A stretch of DNA of 64,000 bases, taken from Bacilli bacterium. Its GTDB lineage: Bacteria > Bacillota_I > Bacilli_A > RFN20 > CAG-826. Positions 18,893 to 29,791 of this stretch are shown here, piece by piece. A program made the translations under genes and the position numbers. The notes beneath the pieces were generated by a model, which searched no databases, was not told where the DNA came from, and was given only the letters and a program-made list of their open reading frames with translations. The stretch spans positions 140,982 through 204,981 of the forward strand of contig JAVBTH010000001.1 in assembly GCA_031556235.1 (NCBI GenBank), written 5' to 3'. Position 1 is the stretch's first letter; every line of letters begins with the position of its first letter.

Positions 18893-20440
18893 TTATTCCC
18901 CGCCTTTTTCAACAAATTGATTTATCATGTCCGCAAATGATTCAATATAGTCAGATTTATCAATATCTGTCCATTTATCCATTTGAGATTTCGTTATATC
19001 TTTTGTATACGCTTTAAGAAAAATATTCCTTGTGCAGAGCGGAAGAAATCTTCCATCTTTTCCGTATTGATTAATTATGACATTTCTTTTTTTATCAAAC
19101 GGTGAATCCTTACAACCTCGGTTAAGATCCGAGGATAATAAAGTAAGATTTCCTAAACTATCATCTTCCTCTTGCGTACCATCCGCACTAGCATGTATAT
19201 GATCGATATCCCACTTACCTTTTTTATATAACTTAAATGGAAATCTTGTCTCTTTAGCACTTTTACAATACAAAGTCGCAATGTTAAATAATAACAGCAT
19301 ATAACGTACTTTCTCTTTCTCGTCATAAGTTAGATTTGCTAATTTATCTCTTTCACTACAAAAACTTTTGTGCGTTTTTATTTTTTTAAATAATATTTTT
19401 GATACATCACTTTTTTTCTTTCCGGACAACTCTAACAAAAGCCTTCTCATATCTTCGCCTCTATCAATAACAAACCCAATCAGGTGATAATTGTCTACAT
19501 CATCGTACCAATAACATAAATCTCCATATAATTTTTCTATATCGTTCCAAAATGAAATTATGTATTCTTTTTTGCTGGGTATATCATTCATTTTTTTCGA
19601 AAAAGTTAAATAAGACCGACGACTATCGCTTTGAAGATTTTTGTCTAAGTATTTAGGTTGTAATGACAAAATGTCAAATAACACATCAATTCTTGTTCCA
19701 GTTTCATTTTCATCTGCATTGATTTCATTGTTAAAATAAGACCAAAAGTTATCATCTTGTAATCTCTGTTCTATCTTATCCCAAGATATAGAAATCTCTT
19801 TTTGTATAGCACCACTGTCAATTCCAAGATTGTCTTTGCTCAAAAGCAAAGCTTTAATAAGTTCTGCGTTAGTGAGTGGAATTTTTCCTAAATTCACTTT
19901 TTCAAACATTTCTATTGGCTGAACTTCTTCAGATATTTCGTACCAAATAAAAACTACACTCTTAAGAAATTTCGATACAATATCCCATAACACAACATTG
20001 GATGATGTTTTCTCTTTTGCAGCTAATTCCCGTGTCCACTCATTTATTACTTTTCGAGTAGAAGTTATGTGAAAATAATCTATATTACTATCATCGATTT
20101 CGCCATCTTCCTTTAATACGGTTAAGAATTCTTCACTGTTTTTTCTTGTATCAAAGGACAAGATAAACGGCTTAACGGATAGCTGCGTCGCAGTTTTTAG
20201 CAAAATAAATATCGTAGTTAGACGTTGTTGCCCGTCAACCACTTCCCATCTTTCACCTTTTTCCTTTACTATTAATGGTTGAATACAATATTCTAATGTT
20301 CCACCCTTCGTGTCAAACTCGTAAACGTCATCAAGCAATTCAACTACTTCTTTTTTTGTCCATCTGTAACCTCGTTGATACGAAGGAATAAAAAAAGACT
20401 TATCTAAAAGTTCACCAATTTTTACTACTTTTACTGACAT
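18893..20440 (-). CDS. GmrSD-family type IV restriction endonuclease-like protein (DUF262 plus DUF1524 His-Me finger)
   Basis: YQRGYRWTK...VVDGQQRLTTIFILL at the N-terminus; C-terminal WDIDHIHA...GNLTLL...N. Confidence 0.75.
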   Translation of the reverse strand: MSVKVVKIGELLDKSFFIPSYQRGYRWTKKEVVELLDDVYEFDTKGGTLEYCIQPLIVKEKGERWEVVDGQQRLTTIFILLKTATQLSVKPFILSFDTRKNSEEFLTVLKEDGEIDDSNIDYFHITSTRKVINEWTRELAAKEKTSSNVVLWDIVSKFLKSVVFIWYEISEEVQPIEMFEKVNLGKIPLTNAELIKALLLSKDNLGIDSGAIQKEISISWDKIEQRLQDDNFWSYFNNEINADENETGTRIDVLFDILSLQPKYLDKNLQSDSRRSYLTFSKKMNDIPSKKEYIISFWNDIEKLYGDLCYWYDDVDNYHLIGFVIDRGEDMRRLLLELSGKKKSDVSKILFKKIKTHKSFCSERDKLANLTYDEKEKVRYMLLLFNIATLYCKSAKETRFPFKLYKKGKWDIDHIHASADGTQEEDDSLGNLTLLSSDLNRGCKDSPFDKKRNVIINQYGKDGRFLPLCTRNIFLKAYTKDITKSQMDKWTDIDKSDYIESFADMINQFVEKGGE

Positions 20441-20527
20441 ATTTTTCCCCTTTGACTACGATTATAACAAAAAAAGCAGACTTAGTCATTGCTATGTCCA
20501 CTTTATTTGTTTTTTAAATTTAAATTA

Positions 20528-23266
20528 CTATTCTGATCTTAAGGCCACGACTGGATCCTTTTTAGCCGCGGATCTCGATGGGATTAGACCTGAGATCGTT
20601 GTTAAAAGAATACTTATTAGCATCATTGTAGCTGCATAACTTATTGGGAATTTTGCAATTGCAATACCGGTTAAGCCGTATACAATTAAGTTTATCAGCG
20701 CAGATAGTGCGTAAGTCACAGTAATACCAATCACGCCAGAGGCAAACCCAATCATGAAGGTTTCAGCGTTAAATAATCGAGAAACGTCTTTTTTACGTCC
20801 CCCTAACGAACGAATAACACCGATTTCTTTGATGCGTTCAACAACTGAAACATATGTGATGATTGCAATCATGACACATGAGACCACTAGAGCTAGTGAG
20901 GTAAAACCGACAAGAGCAATTGTTATAATGTTAATGAGACTATCAATCGTAGAAATAATTACTGCTAGATTATCCGTATAAGTAATAACATTTCTATCTT
21001 CATGTTGAACGACAACCCCATTAATTTCTAATGGAATATCTTCATTCCATTGATCTAAGTATTTGGTTACATTATCTTTTAAATCAAAGTTAGTTGGATA
21101 AATTGATATTTCATCTGGCAGAATAGATCCACCAAGTTGTTGCAATGTAATTGTATATGATTCTGGCATTTCTCCACCCATCATACTGCCAATCATACTT
21201 TCAATCATATTTGTTTTACCAATAAGACCAGTTTGAGTATATGTTGTAGAGTTATAGGAATAGTGATAATCATAAGTAATACCAGTTAAGATACTTCCTT
21301 TATAAGTTGTTCCTTGAAAGCCATCAAGCCCCGCGGTTGAAAGTGTAGTAACTATTTCGGAATTAATGTTTGTTTCGATGATTTTATCCGCTAAAGCTTC
21401 AGTATAGAAGAATCCACTTTGTAGTGCTCCAAAGTTTACAGTGCTCTTTGGTTGTAAAATACCAACAATTTTTAAAGGTAGTTTGCTAGCTTCAAAAGAA
21501 GCATCTGAGTAAGCTTTATAGGTAAATGGTCGAGTTTCTTGCAACATTGGAATCGTTTGTGCGGCAAATACTGTATCATTTGGATACCAATTGAATTCTC
21601 TTCCAAGCAATTCATCGTAAGTAAAGATTTCTTTATCCAAGTCTTTATCGTAATTGTCAACGTCATTACCAGCTTTTGCAATTAAGTTAACGAATTCATC
21701 TTGTGTGTAATACCCAAGTTGGGCAAGAAGTAAGTCAGTCAATAAGCTTCCTTTTTCAAGAACAATCATTACTTCATCTTCTTCGGTAGCAAATTTACCT
21801 TCCATGATGTCATATTGACTTAAAATATAATCTTCATTATTTGGTGATTGCATGAAGACATCACTGAGAGTCGTGATTAATGATGCATAATCGCTATAAG
21901 GAGTTTGTTTTAAAATTGAAGTATAAACAGTTCTCATCGCGCTTAGCGACATGTTTTCAACTGTACCACCTTCGCCAGTGAAATCAGTGTATATATTGTT
22001 TGTAATATCAATACCATAGTTGAAATAAATTGCCGCGGCATCTTCACTTGAAATACCTTTGACAAAATCAACATATTCTTGAGTGATTTCATTACTAATC
22101 ATCATTCCATCGGTCACTGTCGCGCGTTCGACAAGCATATCGATTAAAGAATCGACACCTATTTCTCTAGCCGCGGTTGTGGTTTGAATTTTTTCGCCAA
22201 TTGTCATCCCGTCCATCATCGCACTTAAATCTAAAGCAGTCTTGGAAATCTTAATTGGATATCCTGAAAGCATATCATTTTGCATGGTGTCTATATAAGA
22301 TTGGATACCATATGATATTGAAAGAACAAGCGAGACACCGATAATACCGATTGATCCCGCGATACTTGTCATAATTGTTCGCGCTTTTTTTGAGACTAAA
22401 TTATTTAAAGAAAGTCTAAAAGCAGTCCAGAAAGACATTTTAGCTTTCTCTTTTTTTGCAACACCAGTTTGTTTAAATTCTTCTTCAGCAATTTTTCTTA
22501 AAGCAGCATTTCTTTTCGCGGTATCTAATTTTTCAATTTTCAAATTGTAAGGATTACTATCGGAAAGTAATTCTCCGTCTAATAATTTAATAATTCTTGT
22601 TGAGTATTTTTCAGCTAACTCAGGGTTATGAGTAACCATGATGACGAGTTTTTCATGAGCAATTTCTTTAATAATTTCCATGATTTGAATAGAAGTTTCA
22701 GTATCAAGCGCTCCGGTTGGCTCATCTGCTAGTAATATTTCTGGATCATTAACTAACGCTCTTGCAATCGCAACACGTTGGCATTGTCCACCCGATAGTT
22801 GGTTAGGACGTTTATAATATTGATCAGTAAGTCCTACTCTATCTAAAGCTAGTTTAGCCTTCTTTTGGCGTTCAGATTTACTTAACCCCGCAATAGTAAG
22901 TGCCAATTCGACGTTACCCAAAACAGTTTGGTGAGGAATCAAGTTATAACTTTGGAAAATAAAACCTACGCGGTGATTACGGTAAACATCCCAATCTCTA
23001 TCGACAAATTCAGCAGTACTTCTGCCTGAAATTGAAAGATTTCCACTGGTGTATTTATCAAGACCACCAATGATGTTTAATAAAGTGGTTTTACCACATC
23101 CGCTTGGACCTAAAATTGAGACAAATTCGTTTTCTCTAAAAGCAAGATTAATTCCTTTTAACGCGTGAACTTCACTGTCGGCAACTTTATAATCCTTAAT
23201 AATGTCTTCTAATCTTAGCATATTTTTATCCTCCTTTACACTATCGTTTTTGACATTGACTATCAT
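20528..23266 (-). CDS. Fused ABC transporter: ATP-binding domain plus MacB/FtsX-type permease (912 aa)
   Basis: Walker [15 protein letters not shown] signature, C-terminal FtsX-like 4-TM domain. Confidence 0.8.
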   Translation of the reverse strand: MIVNVKNDSVKEDKNMLRLEDIIKDYKVADSEVHALKGINLAFRENEFVSILGPSGCGKTTLLNIIGGLDKYTSGNLSISGRSTAEFVDRDWDVYRNHRVGFIFQSYNLIPHQTVLGNVELALTIAGLSKSERQKKAKLALDRVGLTDQYYKRPNQLSGGQCQRVAIARALVNDPEILLADEPTGALDTETSIQIMEIIKEIAHEKLVIMVTHNPELAEKYSTRIIKLLDGELLSDSNPYNLKIEKLDTAKRNAALRKIAEEEFKQTGVAKKEKAKMSFWTAFRLSLNNLVSKKARTIMTSIAGSIGIIGVSLVLSISYGIQSYIDTMQNDMLSGYPIKISKTALDLSAMMDGMTIGEKIQTTTAAREIGVDSLIDMLVERATVTDGMMISNEITQEYVDFVKGISSEDAAAIYFNYGIDITNNIYTDFTGEGGTVENMSLSAMRTVYTSILKQTPYSDYASLITTLSDVFMQSPNNEDYILSQYDIMEGKFATEEDEVMIVLEKGSLLTDLLLAQLGYYTQDEFVNLIAKAGNDVDNYDKDLDKEIFTYDELLGREFNWYPNDTVFAAQTIPMLQETRPFTYKAYSDASFEASKLPLKIVGILQPKSTVNFGALQSGFFYTEALADKIIETNINSEIVTTLSTAGLDGFQGTTYKGSILTGITYDYHYSYNSTTYTQTGLIGKTNMIESMIGSMMGGEMPESYTITLQQLGGSILPDEISIYPTNFDLKDNVTKYLDQWNEDIPLEINGVVVQHEDRNVITYTDNLAVIISTIDSLINIITIALVGFTSLALVVSCVMIAIITYVSVVERIKEIGVIRSLGGRKKDVSRLFNAETFMIGFASGVIGITVTYALSALINLIVYGLTGIAIAKFPISYAATMMLISILLTTISGLIPSRSAAKKDPVVALRSE

Positions 23267-23275
23267 GTTTTACAT

Positions 23276-23294
23276 ATGATACAATTCGTATCAT
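23276..23294. promoter_or_regulatory. Palindrome ATGATAC-AATTC-GTATCAT in the divergent ABC/TetR intergenic region (candidate TetR operator)
   Basis: Perfect 7-bp inverted repeat. Confidence 0.35.
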
Positions 23295-23394
23295 GTATCC
23301 ATGTGTCTGATACATAATGTACCACTATTAAATGTCGTGCGCAATGAAAATATATCAAAAAAAATATTATGATACAAAAAAGGAGATTTTGTAT

Positions 23395-23952
23395 ATGGAC
23401 AAACGTAAAGAAACTAACAGATTAGTTAAAGAAAGCATTACTGAAGCGCTTTTTGCTTTAATGTCTGCAAAAAATTTCTCTGATATTACAATCACAGAAA
23501 TAATTGAAAAAGCTGGTGTTGCACGTGTGTCTTATTATCGCAATTATAAGTCAAAAGAACAAATCATCCAAGATTGCGTATTTGACTTCATTCAAGTCTT
23601 CAAAGATAAAAATGTTATTCATTTCCACTCGAAACTCACTGAAGAAAAAGTCCAAGCAATATTTGAGTTAGTATATGGACAAAAAGAGCAATTAAAAATA
23701 ATTTTTAACGCTGGTCTTTCTGGACTCTTTTTAAACTCTTTAAATGCATATTTTGAGGAAATAAACTTTGGCGATAAAGAAATCGGCCCAACTAAACATG
23801 AAAAAAAGTGGATATTCTACGCTGCTTGTGGTGGATTTTTTAATATCATGGCTAAATGGATCATGGATGACTTTAAGGAAAACCCCCAAGAAATTATTAA
23901 ATCATTGATTCAAGGATGGAATGCTATTCAAAGTACGGAGTATAAAGCATAA
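23395..23952 (+). CDS. TetR/AcrR-family transcriptional regulator
   Basis: N-terminal HTH ITITEIIEKAGVARVSYYRNY; start set at the ATG behind AAGGAG. Confidence 0.8.
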   Translation: MDKRKETNRLVKESITEALFALMSAKNFSDITITEIIEKAGVARVSYYRNYKSKEQIIQDCVFDFIQVFKDKNVIHFHSKLTEEKVQAIFELVYGQKEQLKIIFNAGLSGLFLNSLNAYFEEINFGDKEIGPTKHEKKWIFYAACGGFFNIMAKWIMDDFKENPQEIIKSLIQGWNAIQSTEYKA

Positions 23953-23974
23953 AAAAAGGAACTATTTAAGTTCC

Positions 23975-24283
23975 TTATAATCCAAGACGTTGCGCTCTAC
24001 GTTGCGCTTTTTCGATTTGTAAATCATGCTTTTTCGCATGCTTTAATAAAATAAACATTGCTATTAAGGCGCCAACAATCAGAATTATTGCCCCCCATTG
24101 GCGGAAGTTTAAATTAATTCCAGTAAAATTAACAAACTGTGCTTCGGCAATTTTCACAGGATTACTTGCAGATGGTCCTGAGTAAGTGCCAATTAATCCA
24201 GTAATCATTAAGCCAAGCCCAGAGATTAAAAATAATGCACAAATGCTAAATCCAATAATTTCACTAACTTTAAGTTTTTTCAT
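23975..24283 (-). CDS. Small membrane protein (102 aa, 2 TM)
   Basis: ORF track; hydrophobic. Confidence 0.5.
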   Translation of the reverse strand: MKKLKVSEIIGFSICALFLISGLGLMITGLIGTYSGPSASNPVKIAEAQFVNFTGINLNFRQWGAIILIVGALIAMFILLKHAKKHDLQIEKAQRRAQRLGL

Positions 24284-24342
24284 AATCTCTTACCTCGCAT
24301 TTGTTAATTTTAACACGCATAGATAAAATCTGCAATAATCAA

Positions 24343-24558
24343 TTAAACACTTATGACATCTTCGTAAAATAAGTCATCAGGTCTAACGTCAAATATACTC
24401 GCCATTTTAATTGCCATCTTATAATCTAGACTACGTTTTCCTGTTTCCATCATCGAAACATATGCTTTGGATACTTGGAGAACCTCAGCAATGTCACCAA
24501 GGTTTAAACCTTTTTTCTTACGCATATCGCGGAACTTAACTAATTTTGCTTTATTCAT
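24343..24558 (-). CDS. XRE-family HTH transcriptional regulator (71 aa)
   Basis: LGDIAEVLQVSKAYVSMMETGKR helix-turn-helix. Confidence 0.75.
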   Translation of the reverse strand: MNKAKLVKFRDMRKKKGLNLGDIAEVLQVSKAYVSMMETGKRSLDYKMAIKMASIFDVRPDDLFYEDVISV

Positions 24559-24709
24559 TTTTACTCCTTACCTTTCATAACCTTATAATAATGAAACAAT
24601 AAGTTATCGACAACAATTTCTAAAACGAGTTGTTTACAAAAAGAAAAATTCGACAATATATACCCCGTTTTGGGTAACAATTTGTCGAATTTTGTTATAA
24701 ATTAAGCAA

Positions 24710-25528
24710 CTAGGCGTTATTTTCGCGAATTTGAAGCTCTTTAATAATCGGAGTATATACTGCGATCCACTTCTTTTCTGCATCCGCGACCGACTTATCG
24801 ACAGCTTGTTTAGCAAGAATAAAGATTGCTTCACGTTCTTCTGCCTTCTCTAATGTGAGTTTTCCCTCTATTAATTGGGTTTGTTTCAATGTAGCTTCAG
24901 CCAACTCATCAAATAATGGCTCTTCAAAAAATTTACGTGACTTAACAAAGTTTAGCATGCCAATATATTGTCCAATATCATTAGCAACGAAATTGCTTTG
25001 TGGAGTTCTTTCGCCTTTACTTTCATTTAGATACTTATTAAATTCAACAAAACTTAATCTCATTGCATCCACTAAGATAAATGAGGCTAATGAACGATAT
25101 AAATAATCTTCCATTTTAATAAGTTTTTCAAGTTCAGGAGTTAGCTTATCCACTCCACGGAGATATTCAATATGAGATATGACAATATCCATAAATGTTT
25201 CACGCATTCCGACTACTTCTTGAAGAATTTTAATAGTTTGAGCAGAGTCAACGCGAATGTCTTCTCCAGACACGACGATTACATTACTTTTATAAACTTC
25301 ATCAAGGAAATTAACTAATCTTTCTTTGACTTTCTCGCCATTTTCGCCATTGTTATTTATCAAAGTATGAAGAACTTCACCTTCATTCATTGAGTCTTCT
25401 AAAAAACTACGGCGGTTCTTAAAATCGAATGCTTTTAATTTAGCATCCTTTACCGCGTACTCTAATGTGTCTCTTGTAACTTTTAAATAGTGATAGAACC
25501 TTAAGGCAATTTGTTCTTCTTTTGTCAT
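24710..25528 (-). CDS. Hypothetical protein (272 aa)
   Basis: ORF trimmed to the Met behind AAAGGAGAA; its start is 2 nt from the stop of the upstream Cof gene. Confidence 0.55.
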   Translation of the reverse strand: MTKEEQIALRFYHYLKVTRDTLEYAVKDAKLKAFDFKNRRSFLEDSMNEGEVLHTLINNNGENGEKVKERLVNFLDEVYKSNVIVVSGEDIRVDSAQTIKILQEVVGMRETFMDIVISHIEYLRGVDKLTPELEKLIKMEDYLYRSLASFILVDAMRLSFVEFNKYLNESKGERTPQSNFVANDIGQYIGMLNFVKSRKFFEEPLFDELAEATLKQTQLIEGKLTLEKAEEREAIFILAKQAVDKSVADAEKKWIAVYTPIIKELQIRENNA

Positions 25529-25529
25529 G

Positions 25530-26372
25530 TTAATTTTTCTCCTTTTCATCTAGAACGAACTTTTCTAGATCTGCGACCATATCCACGGTCTCTTTTGCGT
25601 ACTTTTTTATTTTATCAGAAGCATGATTCATACAGAAACTATTTTTGAACATACTTAGCATCGATATGTCATTTCCTGAGTCGCCAATTACATATAACTG
25701 GTCCTCACTAATCTTCATTGCCTCGCAATAAGATTTCAAACCTTCGGCTTTATTAACATTGCTCGCGGTTATTTCAATAAATTGACCACTCCATGAAGAT
25801 TCAATATCTGAGTAATTAGCTCGTATGTATTTATTTGCTTCACATGCTCGATCGTGAGCTTTTTTGCCAAGACCGAAATATAACATCATTTTATAAAGTT
25901 TACCCGATTTTAACTCTTCTTTAAAAATCGTATTTGAAGTTACATATTTTTCAGCATAGATTCCTTGGGCTCCATAAATCATTTTATACCCTAACGATCT
26001 AATCCAGTTCAATTTTTTTCCCGCGATAACTAAGCTTTCCTTTTTACTAAGCACCATATAATGACTACATCCAAAATGATTTGATAACTCATTAAGTATT
26101 TCTTGGGCGCGATCATTAGGAATAAAGTGTTCGACAACCATTTCTTTTTCAATGTTGATGAAAGCTCCATTACAGCCGATGACATCAACTGGACGCTCAA
26201 GCTTTTCGATGACTTGCTTTGCAAACGGCATATTGCGGCCAGACACGATTACTACTCTTCCACCCAGGTCTATAAAACGACGTAAAAAAATAATGTTCCG
26301 TTTCGGGATCATTGTTATTTTTTTCTTTGGGTAAAATAAAGTACCGTCTAAGTCAGTGGCAATAACCTTGTT
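25530..26372 (-). CDS. Cof-type HAD-IIB hydrolase
   Basis: VIATDLDGTLFYP motif. Confidence 0.8.
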   Translation of the reverse strand, partial: NKVIATDLDGTLFYPKKKITMIPKRNIIFLRRFIDLGGRVVIVSGRNMPFAKQVIEKLERPVDVIGCNGAFINIEKEMVVEHFIPNDRAQEILNELSNHFGCSHYMVLSKKESLVIAGKKLNWIRSLGYKMIYGAQGIYAEKYVTSNTIFKEELKSGKLYKMMLYFGLGKKAHDRACEANKYIRANYSDIESSWSGQFIEITASNVNKAEGLKSYCEAMKISEDQLYVIGDSGNDISMLSMFKNSFCMNHASDKIKKYAKETVDMVADLEKFVLDEKEKN

Positions 26373-26481
26373 CATTAAAATCACCAATAGTATTATACAC
26401 CAATTACTATTTAAGATAAATGTTAATATCACTTATTCATATTAAACTCTCTCTTAAAATAATAAAGCATATACATTTAGT

Positions 26482-27444
26482 TTAATTGTTTGTGATTAAA
26501 TATTTTGTCATAATAATTCTTTTTGCTAAAAAGACCTGGCTTGATGCTAACTTAAAGCACACCATGTTACCATCAATTTGGACTTCTTTAGTATATATAT
26601 GTTGATTTTTTAGCATCACTTCGATTTCATTTTTTATTTCTTCAGGATAAAAAGTTGCTATTCTTAATTCATTTTGCTTGGTATTAATTCCAATAACTCT
26701 TTCATCCATCGCTTTGTCACTTATTAAAGTTCCTTCATTTTTACGTAAGTAATTCTTAACTAATATTGATATATTGTTTCTTTTCGCCTCCAATAGGGCA
26801 TCTTTTTGAATTACAGCATATCCGGTTTCAAGTAACGCAAGCATTTCATCATAACTTAATCTTTTTAAATAACTTATATTTGCGCCCATCAATGGATGCA
26901 TTGGAAAAATTCCATCGACATCTTTATATAAAATAACTTCGTTTACCGATAATAAACTCGCTAAAAGTATCGCAGACAAGTCCGAACCACCTCGTTTAAA
27001 AGTAATTGGCTCTGATTCTTCACTTAACGCAATAAATCCCGGTGCAACTAACACATCGTAAGATTCGAAAAGATTTGCAATATACTCATTATTTAACTCA
27101 CTTACATATCCGTCTCCATAATTATTATTACTAACAAGACCTAATTCCTTCATCGAAAGGCTGTAGGCCTTGATTCCTTGCACGTTTAAAGCTGAGGTAA
27201 GAACTATACTTGAAACAACCTCTCCCACGCTTAAAAGACGATCTAGTTCTTTTTTAGTGATATTTTCTTCGTTTACTAGTTCCTTTAAAGTATCTGTAGC
27301 ATATGGAAAGCCATTTCTACCCATTGCGCTAACTATCGCAAGCACTTTATTAGGTTGCTGTTCTTTAATATTAGCAATCACTTTATCTCGATCGCTCTTG
27401 GTCTTTGTTGCGGTACCGCCAAACTTTACAATTTTAATTTCCAT
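26482..27444 (-). CDS. Amino-acid kinase family protein, aspartokinase-like
   Basis: KFGGTA N-terminal motif and RGGSDLSA...KDVDGIFPMHP resemble aspartokinase. Confidence 0.6.
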   Translation of the reverse strand: MEIKIVKFGGTATKTKSDRDKVIANIKEQQPNKVLAIVSAMGRNGFPYATDTLKELVNEENITKKELDRLLSVGEVVSSIVLTSALNVQGIKAYSLSMKELGLVSNNNYGDGYVSELNNEYIANLFESYDVLVAPGFIALSEESEPITFKRGGSDLSAILLASLLSVNEVILYKDVDGIFPMHPLMGANISYLKRLSYDEMLALLETGYAVIQKDALLEAKRNNISILVKNYLRKNEGTLISDKAMDERVIGINTKQNELRIATFYPEEIKNEIEVMLKNQHIYTKEVQIDGNMVCFKLASSQVFLAKRIIMTKYLITNN

Positions 27445-27545
27445 AAGTGCACCTCTTTTAATTAGATGCTTGAATCTCTTAAAAGAGAATAATAAAAGAG
27501 CCAACTAGTAATGTTACTAATTAGCTCAATTAATCGTTTCTATAT

Positions 27546-28091
27546 TTATTTCAATTTATTTTCGCCTTGAATGATGCCGAATCCGCCATCATTACGACGA
27601 TATAGTACTGATATCATTTCATCTTCTGCGTCTAGATACATAAAGAAACTGTGACCTAATGCATCCATTCTAGTGATTGCTTCTTCAACCGTCATTGGTT
27701 TAAGCATCAAACTCTTTGTTCTAATAATTTCCTTGTTCTCAATTAGTTCCTCTGTCTCAAAGTTTTCAAAAGCGACAGCTCTACCAAGACTCTCACGATT
27801 ACGACGATCTAGTCTTGTCTTCAACTTTCTCATTTGACCTTCAAGTTTATCGATAGCGAGATCAAACGCTGAATATAAATCTGCATCTGATACTTCTGCT
27901 CTGATATCAATCATTTTTGTAAAAATTGTTATTTCTACTTTTTGCACTGCTTTTACTGCGGAAACGACTGCTCGGCATGTAACTTCCTCATCGATTACGA
28001 AGTACTTGTCCATTCTTGCCAGTTTTTTAATTAAAACTGCTTTGATTGCCTCAGTAACTTCGATGTTTTTGCCAACAATTTGGTATTTCAT
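27546..28091 (-). CDS. hpf: Ribosome hibernation-promoting factor (long HPF/YfiA)
   Basis: MKYQIVGKNIEVTEAIK N-terminus, 181 aa, two-domain long form; GGAGAA SD. Confidence 0.85.
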   Translation of the reverse strand: MKYQIVGKNIEVTEAIKAVLIKKLARMDKYFVIDEEVTCRAVVSAVKAVQKVEITIFTKMIDIRAEVSDADLYSAFDLAIDKLEGQMRKLKTRLDRRNRESLGRAVAFENFETEELIENKEIIRTKSLMLKPMTVEEAITRMDALGHSFFMYLDAEDEMISVLYRRNDGGFGIIQGENKLK

Positions 28092-28217
28092 AATATGTTC
28101 TCCTTTCCAAACTTTGTGCCTAACATCACATTTATATTTTCGCATTTTTTTGCATTAAAATATAGTATGTTTTTAATATTATTTATATGCTATACTTGTA
28201 AAGGAAGCGGCTTTCTA

Positions 28218-29369
28218 TTATAGAAGGCTTTTTATTTTATCTACTTGATCAAGGCGTTCCCACGGCAAATCTAAATCAGGTCTACCAAAGTGTCCATACT
28301 TTGCTAAGTCTTGATATTTAAATGTTGGTTTAAATAACGAAAACTGTGAGATGATTCCCGCTGGAGTCATGACAAAAACTTCTTTAATAATTTCTAGGAT
28401 TCTTTCATTGCTGCATTTTGCAGTTCCGAAATCATAGACTGAGATACTTAATGGCTCCGCGACACCAATCGCATAACTTAATTGAATTTCAAGTTTTTTA
28501 GCGACTCCCGCTGCAACAAGATTTTTAGCAATATATCTTGCCATATATGCCGCTGAACGATCAACTTTTGAAGGATCTTTTCCTGAAAACGCTCCTCCTC
28601 CATGACGAGCACTGCCACCGTATGTATCAACTATAATCTTCCTACCAGTTAATCCAGTATCTCCTTTTGGTCCTCCAACTACAAATCTTCCTGTAGGATT
28701 GATTAGATATTTAAAGTCATCATTTAAATTAAATGATTTGGCTACGGGTTGCATAATTTCTTCATGAATAAACTTTTTAAACTTAACTTCATCATATTCG
28801 CTATCATGTTGAACCGACATTAATACTGTATCAATTCTAATATTATTTTCATCGGTATAATCAATTGTCACTTGTGATTTCATATCAGGACGTGCATATT
28901 TAAATGCTCCTGTTTTTCTTAGCATCGAAGCACGTCGCACTAGTTTGTGAGCAATTACTAACGCTAAAGGCATAAGACCTTCTGATTCATCGCTAGCGTA
29001 GCCAAACATAATTCCTTGGTCGCCTGCGCCCATAATTTTTTGATTGACGCCTTGCGCAATATCTGGACTTTGTTCTTTTACTAATACTTGAATTTTGCAA
29101 GTATCCGCCCCGATTCCGTAAGCACGATTGGTATATCCAACATCTCTTAAAACATTTCTAGCAATTTCTTCATAATTTGGTTTTGCAGTTGATGTGATTT
29201 CTCCACCAATTATAAGCATTTCTGTGCTCGCGAAGCATTCACAAGCGACATGTGATTTTTCATCAATACTTAAGCAATAATCCAAAACTGCATCACTAAT
29301 TTGATCGCATAATTTGTCTGGATGTCCTTCCGATACCGACTCACTGGTAAATAAGATTTTTTGTTCCAT
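28218..29369 (-). CDS. metK: S-adenosylmethionine synthetase
   Basis: GHPDKLCDQISDAVLD and a GGGAFSGKDPSKVDRS-type motif. Confidence 0.92.
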   Translation of the reverse strand: MEQKILFTSESVSEGHPDKLCDQISDAVLDYCLSIDEKSHVACECFASTEMLIIGGEITSTAKPNYEEIARNVLRDVGYTNRAYGIGADTCKIQVLVKEQSPDIAQGVNQKIMGAGDQGIMFGYASDESEGLMPLALVIAHKLVRRASMLRKTGAFKYARPDMKSQVTIDYTDENNIRIDTVLMSVQHDSEYDEVKFKKFIHEEIMQPVAKSFNLNDDFKYLINPTGRFVVGGPKGDTGLTGRKIIVDTYGGSARHGGGAFSGKDPSKVDRSAAYMARYIAKNLVAAGVAKKLEIQLSYAIGVAEPLSISVYDFGTAKCSNERILEIIKEVFVMTPAGIISQFSLFKPTFKYQDLAKYGHFGRPDLDLPWERLDQVDKIKSLL

Positions 29370-29440
29370 ATTTTTACTTCTTTCCCCAAAAAGAAAAAGC
29401 CTCCCACAAAGGAACGCTTTACGTTAACTATTCCATATCA

Positions 29441-29541
29441 ACTTATCGCTCAGGGTGGGCCCTGCTAAGGAAAAGCACCTGCTAATTAATTAGGGTTGCT
29501 ACCGCGCTTGTTCGTTCCTTTATGCGTCGGTTCTTGATAAG
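29441..29541 (-). ncRNA. Candidate SAM-I (S-box) riboswitch aptamer in the metK leader, followed by a candidate terminator (about 29385-29417)
   Basis: P1 CUUAUC/GAUAAG; P2 CCG(A)CGC/GCGCGG; P3 CUAAUU/AAUUAG; P4 CAGGG/CCCUG; GGUGC and GCAACC elements; position upstream of metK. Confidence 0.5.
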
Positions 29542-29542
29542 T

Positions 29543-29731
29543 CTACTTATTCTTTTTAGCCTCTTCATTATCTACTATCTTGTCGTCAAAGTCAACTAAA
29601 TCAGCCTTGCTTAGTAAAAGCTCCTGCGCGGTCACTCCAGAAATCTTTTCAATAACTTCGAAGTCCATCCCCATCTCAAACAATGCATCCGCGATTTGAA
29701 ATTGTTCTTTTTTCTTTTTTTCTTGTTTCAT
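29543..29731 (-). CDS. Small acidic hypothetical protein (62 aa)
   Basis: ORF track. Confidence 0.45.
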   Translation of the reverse strand: MKQEKKKKEQFQIADALFEMGMDFEVIEKISGVTAQELLLSKADLVDFDDKIVDNEEAKKNK

Positions 29732-29791
29732 ATTTACTCACCTTACTAATAAGTATGAGTATTTAGCGCTTACTTATACATTAAAAATTAA

